From: Armatimonadota bacterium
Lineage (GTDB): Bacteria > Armatimonadota > UBA5829 > DTLH01
NCBI GenBank assembly: GCA_039680575.1
Contig: JBDKSP010000119.1
Location: 1 to 11,767, forward strand
DNA: 11,767 nucleotides
Direction: 5' to 3'
In this document: positions 7,840-11,767 of the stretch, one piece after another
Layout: each line of letters begins with the position of its first letter
Position numbering within the stretch: the first letter of the stretch is position 1
Program-made: the position numbers and the translations under genes
The notes under the pieces: generated by a model
The model's database searches: none
Seen by the model: only the letters and a program-made list of their open reading frames with translations
What the model was told of the DNA's origin: nothing

Positions 7840-8105
7840 AGTCACTCTCTTCTCATCCGTGTGGTGTTTCGGCCTGCTGTTATTCAAAATCGATGCGAGG
7901 ACCAGCGCATTGAAGAATCAAGCGGCCAAACCGCCTCTTACGTTTTTGCAGTGCCGGGAATTATTACGGCTTAAATCTATAGAAGATGATAACCTTACAG
8001 GCGAGGTTCTAAACAAAGCTACGTCCGCGGATAAGGATTCAGCATGTGGGGAACAACACCAGATACTCCAGTGCCATTGAAACGTCGAGAACAAGATTCA
8101 ATATC

Positions 8106-8197
8106 GAGTTTTGGGTAATGATGCAACAACCCTTCGGACACATAACCAGTCACTGATAATACTGCATCTGTTGGTTTTATGCTCAAACCCAAAACTC
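8106..8197. mobile_element. Family-2 miniature inverted-repeat element, longer divergent copy 3 (92 bp)
   Basis: GAGTTTTGGGT...ACCCAAAACTC is a perfect 11-bp inverted repeat. The left 22 nt match the family end (gagttttggcagttgatgtaac) at 17 positions. TA occurs at 8102-8103 and 8200-8201. Confidence 0.55.
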
Positions 8198-8218
8198 TGT
8201 AGATAAGCCAGCAGTTGA

Positions 8219-9631
8219 CTAATACCTGTAAAAATCGGCCTTGAATGGTCCGTCCTGCGGCACTCCGATATAATCGGCCTGCTTCTTGGAGAGCTTGGTG
8301 AGCTTGGCGCCCAGCTTGCCCAGGTGAAGCCTTGCTACTTCCTCATCCAGCTTCTTGCTCAGCATGTATACACCGATCTTATGCTTGTTCTGCCAGAGGT
8401 CCATCTGCGCGAGGGTCTGGTTTGTGAAGCTGTTCGACATAACGAAGCTCGGATGGCCTGTCGCGCAGCCCAGGTTGATCAACCGGCCTTCGGCAAGCAG
8501 GTAAATCGTGTGCCCGTCAGGGAATGTGAAGGCATCTACCTGCGGCTTTATGTTTACATGCTTGATTCCCGGCCAGTTCATGAGCGCGTCCACCTGAATT
8601 TCATTGTCGAAGTGCCCGATGTTGCAGACAATCGCCTGGTCTTTCATCTTGGACATATGCTCCGCAGTAAGAATATCGCAGTTTCCGGTCGCCGTAACAT
8701 AAATATCGGCATAAGGAAGAGCGTCTTCGACCGTCGTTACCGTATAACCCGCCATACATGCCTGCAGCGCGCAGATCGGGTCTATTTCCGTGACCCATAC
8801 TCGCGCTTTCTGTCCTGCGAGTGATTCAGCGGAACCCTTACCTACATCGCCATAGCCGCAGACAAGAGCGATCTTGCCGGAAATCATAACATCGGTCGCC
8901 CGCTTGATACCGTCGACTAGTGACTCGCGGCAGCCGTAAATATTGTCGAACTTACTCTTCGTGACGGAGTCGTTTACGTTGATAGCAGGGAAGAGCAGTT
9001 CGCCTCTTTCCATCATCTGATAGAGTCTGTGAACGCCTGTGGTCGTCTCCTCGGACACGCCCTTTATGTTCTTGACGGCTCTGTGGAAAAACGCAGGGTC
9101 GCTTGCAATCGACTTTTTGATAACTTCGTTTATGATTTTGAGCTCTTTGTTGTCCGTCGGCTCATCCAAGATCTTGGGATCGTTTTCGGCGTAATAACCG
9201 CGATGGAGTATAAGAGTCGCATCGCCGCCGTCGTCCACGATGAGTGTCGGACCTTCGCCGTCCGGCCATGTCAAAGCTCTCTTGGTGAAATCCCAATATT
9301 CTTCCAGGGTTTCGCCCTTATAAGCGAACACAGGGACACCTGACTGCGCGACTGCGGCTGCGGCGTGGTCCTGTGTTGAGAATATATTGCAGGTTACCCA
9401 GCGGACATCCGCGCCGAGTTCCACCAGGGTCTCTATCAAAACAGCTGTCTGGATGGTCATGTGCAGCGAGCCCATAACTCTTGCGCCTTTAAGCGGCTTC
9501 TGCGGTCCGTATTTCTCCCTGGTTGCCATAAGACCCGGCATTTCCTTTTCGGCCATGGCGATTTCCTTGCGGCCGAACTCCGCCAGCGTAATATCTTTTA
9601 CAAAATAATCGGTCTTTGTTGTCATGCTCAT
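8219..9631 (-). CDS. ahcY: Adenosylhomocysteinase (S-adenosyl-L-homocysteine hydrolase), 470 aa
   Basis: Motifs [71 protein letters not shown] and C-terminal GPFK...YRY. RBS GGAG upstream. Confidence 0.98.
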   Translation of the reverse strand: MSMTTKTDYFVKDITLAEFGRKEIAMAEKEMPGLMATREKYGPQKPLKGARVMGSLHMTIQTAVLIETLVELGADVRWVTCNIFSTQDHAAAAVAQSGVPVFAYKGETLEEYWDFTKRALTWPDGEGPTLIVDDGGDATLILHRGYYAENDPKILDEPTDNKELKIINEVIKKSIASDPAFFHRAVKNIKGVSEETTTGVHRLYQMMERGELLFPAINVNDSVTKSKFDNIYGCRESLVDGIKRATDVMISGKIALVCGYGDVGKGSAESLAGQKARVWVTEIDPICALQACMAGYTVTTVEDALPYADIYVTATGNCDILTAEHMSKMKDQAIVCNIGHFDNEIQVDALMNWPGIKHVNIKPQVDAFTFPDGHTIYLLAEGRLINLGCATGHPSFVMSNSFTNQTLAQMDLWQNKHKIGVYMLSKKLDEEVARLHLGKLGAKLTKLSKKQADYIGVPQDGPFKADFYRY

Positions 9632-9676
9632 ATTAGATTACTCCGCTTTTCAGTTTCCTAATATCCTATCTTACAA

Positions 9677-9705
9677 ATGATATACTATACCGGCTTGGCT
9701 GGCAA
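9677..9705 (-). promoter_or_regulatory. Sigma70-type promoter of ahcY (TTGCCA-N17-TATCAT)
   Basis: On the minus strand, -35 TTGCCA (9705-9700) and -10 TATCAT (9682-9677) are separated by exactly 17 bp. Confidence 0.55.
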
Positions 9706-9710
9706 ATACC

Positions 9711-9852
9711 GTAAGAGTTCAGAGTTGATGAGTGCAACATCATTCCGGTCTGACACAACGTCATTCCGAGCTTGACTCGGAATCCAGGAAAAGAATGGAC
9801 CCTGAATCAAGTTCAGGGTGACGTATAATTATCATTTAGAGTGAACTGTTAC
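9711..9852 (+). mobile_element. Family-1 MITE with IS66-type ends, short form, 142 bp
   Basis: Ends GTAAGAGTTCA / TGAACTGTTAC, with exact 8-bp direct repeats CAAATACC at 9703-9710 and 9853-9860. It contains an inverted pair of CGTC-REPs at 9759-9785 and 9797-9823. Confidence 0.9.
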
Positions 9853-9870
9853 CAAATACCGTATGCTGCA

Positions 9871-11481
9871 TTACTTCGTATACGCCCCAAGCGGCGGAGC
9901 TACTTCGAGGAACTCCAGGCCGGGGTTTTTCTCTTTGACGTAGCCAAGCGCCCAGTTGCCGTCAAGGAGCACTGCTTTCCGGCCTTCGGGGTCTTCCACT
10001 ACCCTGCATCCGCTCGGAACTGTGATGCTGGCGAGGTCCTTTTCGCTACCTTTGACCCACCTGGCGAACTTTATGTCCATCCGGTCGAGCAAGGTATCGA
10101 CCGAATATTCGGACTTCATCCTGAACTGGACGACATCGAACTGCAGCTTGCCTACGACAGCCAGAATCGGCTCGCTCGTAGCACCTGCTCCGGCAGGATA
10201 GAAGACCTGCACCGCGCCTTCCTGCATAAGCTGATCTACGCCCTTGCGGAACTTCTTATAACTCGACGGATCAGAGCTTCTGAGAACACCGAAATGCTCC
10301 GGCGCGAACCTTGGAATCCCTTCGAACTGTACCTGGCCGTTCGAACTGACTGAATCGCCTATTGCGAATGATCCGGGGTTGACAAGCCCCAGAATGTCGC
10401 CGGGGTAAGCCTCTTCTACGGTATCCCTGTCTCTTGCAAAGAGCTTGTGCGGCCGCGAAAGCCGCATTTTGGTTTTCAATCTGGAGTGGTAGACCTGCAT
10501 ATCTTTCTCGAACTTGCCTGAACAGACCCTGAGGAATGCAACGCTGTCACGGTGTTTGGGGTCCATGTTCGCTTGAATCTTGAAAACGAACCCCGTGAAG
10601 CCCGGCTGGTCCGGCGTAACCTCACCGTCCGAAGTAGGCCGCGTTCCGGGAGGCGATGCGAGCTTCAGGAACGAGTCCAGAAAGAGCCTTACACCGAAAT
10701 TGTTGATCGCGCTTCCGAAATAGACAGGGGTGAGCTTGCCTTTACGCATCAAATCCTGATCGAATTCCTCACCGGCCATCTCAAGAAGCTCCATCTCTTC
10801 CAGAAACTGCTCATGAGTGCGTTTATCGACGAGTGCGGCGCACTCAGGGCCATCGGGGGCGGTCACGATAACAGGCGCCTTCTTCGCGCCGTGCTCCGTC
10901 CGCTCGAAGAGGTGCATCTTCCCTGCTCTCCGGTCATAAACACCCTTAAAGGTGCTTCCGCTGCCCAATGGCCAGTTCATGGCGAACGTACCGATGCCGA
11001 AAACCTTCTCAAGCTCATCCAGAAGGTCCAGCGGCTCGCGGCTCGGGTGGTCCATCTTGTTGATGAACGTAAAAATGGGAATACCGCGCATCCGGCAGAC
11101 TTCGAAGAGCTTTCTCGTCTGTGGTTCGATACCTTTCGCGGCATCTATCAGCATTACGGCGTTATCGGCGGCAGTGAGGGTGCGGTATGTGTCTTCGCTG
11201 AAGTCTTCGTGTCCGGGAGTATCGAGCAGGTTCAGGAAATAGCCGTCATAATCGAACTGAAGCACGGTGGAAGTGACAGAAATCCCCCTCTGGCGCTCCA
11301 GTTCCATCCAGTCGGATGTGGCATGGCGCTGGTCCTTCTTTGCGCGCACCGAACCGGCAAGGTCGATTGCGCCCGAATAAAGGAGCAGTTTCTCAGTTAA
11401 GGTTGTTTTCCCAGCGTCAGGATGGGATATGATTGCAAAAGTCCGCCGCCTGCGGACTTCTGGATTGATACTTTCGGACAA
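9871..11481 (-). CDS. prfC: Peptide chain release factor 3 (GTPase), ~536 aa
   Basis: Motifs RRRTFAIISHPDAGKTTLTEKLLL, SDWMELERQRGISV, DTPGHEDFSEDTYR, NKMD, FKIQANMDP.HRD and GKLQFDV..FRM..EY. The start is placed at the in-frame TTG 11481, preceded by GAGGGG. The ORF-track GTG at 11493 has no RBS. Confidence 0.97.
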   Translation of the reverse strand: MSESINPEVRRRRTFAIISHPDAGKTTLTEKLLLYSGAIDLAGSVRAKKDQRHATSDWMELERQRGISVTSTVLQFDYDGYFLNLLDTPGHEDFSEDTYRTLTAADNAVMLIDAAKGIEPQTRKLFEVCRMRGIPIFTFINKMDHPSREPLDLLDELEKVFGIGTFAMNWPLGSGSTFKGVYDRRAGKMHLFERTEHGAKKAPVIVTAPDGPECAALVDKRTHEQFLEEMELLEMAGEEFDQDLMRKGKLTPVYFGSAINNFGVRLFLDSFLKLASPPGTRPTSDGEVTPDQPGFTGFVFKIQANMDPKHRDSVAFLRVCSGKFEKDMQVYHSRLKTKMRLSRPHKLFARDRDTVEEAYPGDILGLVNPGSFAIGDSVSSNGQVQFEGIPRFAPEHFGVLRSSDPSSYKKFRKGVDQLMQEGAVQVFYPAGAGATSEPILAVVGKLQFDVVQFRMKSEYSVDTLLDRMDIKFARWVKGSEKDLASITVPSGCRVVEDPEGRKAVLLDGNWALGYVKEKNPGLEFLEVAPPLGAYTK

Positions 11482-11493
11482 GGTTCCCCTCAC

Positions 11494-11532
11494 AATAAAA
11501 AGAGCGCCCCGGCTCGTTCATACGAGGCGCCC
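11494..11532 (-). terminator. Intrinsic-terminator-like hairpin plus U-tract in the prfC 5' leader
   Basis: The minus strand reads GGGCGCCTCGT-ATGA-ACGAGCCGGGGCGCTC-TTTTTATT. An outer GC stem and an inner CTCGT/ACGAG stem are followed directly by a U-run. Confidence 0.55.
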
Positions 11533-11551
11533 GAATATTTCTCTATGTTTT

Positions 11552-11560
11552 ATTATATCA
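11552..11560 (-). promoter_or_regulatory. Extended -10 promoter (TG-A-TATAAT) upstream of prfC
   Basis: Perfect TGnTATAAT on the minus strand, about 70 nt upstream of the prfC start. Confidence 0.55.
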
Positions 11561-11596
11561 CAAACGGCGGCTTGCAGCTTTTAGGCGCTGAATACC

Positions 11597-11767
11597 GTAA
11601 TAGTTCAGAGTTGATGAGTATAACATCATGCTGAATTATCACAACGTCATGCTGAGCTTGACTCAGCATCCAGGAAGAAAATGGACCCTGAATCTATGGA
11701 TTATCGGCTATAGCCGATAATCTTCCGGGAGAGTTTCAGGTGTAACCTGAAACTCCTTAGTTCAGGG
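11597..11767 (+). mobile_element. Family-1 MITE, long form, truncated by the window edge
   Basis: It starts GTAATAGTTCAGAGTTGATGAG. Its 171 visible bp match the reverse complement of 5464-5634 with 5 mismatches, 3 of them in one hairpin loop. Confidence 0.9.

Noticed and set aside
7888..8100. Possible structured RNA or gene remnant upstream of the epimerase
   Set aside because: Only short hairpins are present (e.g. GCGG-N5-CCGC near 7922-7934). I see no recognisable family, ORF similarity or repeat support.
9632..9870. SAH or SAM riboswitch upstream of ahcY
   Set aside because: No recognisable consensus by eye. The structured sequence here is the MITE, which lies upstream of the predicted promoter, and the predicted 5' UTR is only ~40 nt. 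An Rfam cmscan would settle it.
11422..11634. 70-aa plus-strand ORF running into the MITE
   Set aside because: It is antisense to the prfC start, leader and promoter, and has no coding hallmarks.
9711..11767. Composite transposon carrying prfC between two family-1 copies
   Set aside because: The 9711 copy has its own complete 8-bp duplication on both sides, indicating an independent insertion, and prfC is a housekeeping gene.

Overview
Bacterial genomic window. The DUF6785-type membrane protein and overall gene content suggest Armatimonadota or a similar lineage, which is inference only. There are six full-length CDSs: a cytoplasmic GH78 alpha-L-rhamnosidase-like glycosidase (-), a divergent DUF6785/DUF6784-type polytopic membrane protein (+), a CgeB-type glycosyltransferase and an extended-SDR nucleotide-sugar epimerase (-), ahcY (-) and prfC (-). 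The most interesting signal is intergenic, where almost every gap holds a small non-coding element. Family 1 is a transposase-less element with GTAA...TTAC inverted ends and exact 8-bp target duplications (IS66-type hallmarks), at 5390-5634, 9711-9852 and 11597->end, plus a decayed internal fragment at ~124-197. It carries a modular, nested cargo of CGTC-tagged REP-like hairpins whose stems show compensatory changes. Family 2 is a tiny GAGTTTTGG...CCAAAACTC element with TA at a fixed offset outside its ends (3192-3242, 5307-5358, 8106-8197); two inverted copies bracket the DUF6785-type gene. The prfC 5' leader also contains a terminator-like hairpin between a likely promoter and the RBS.
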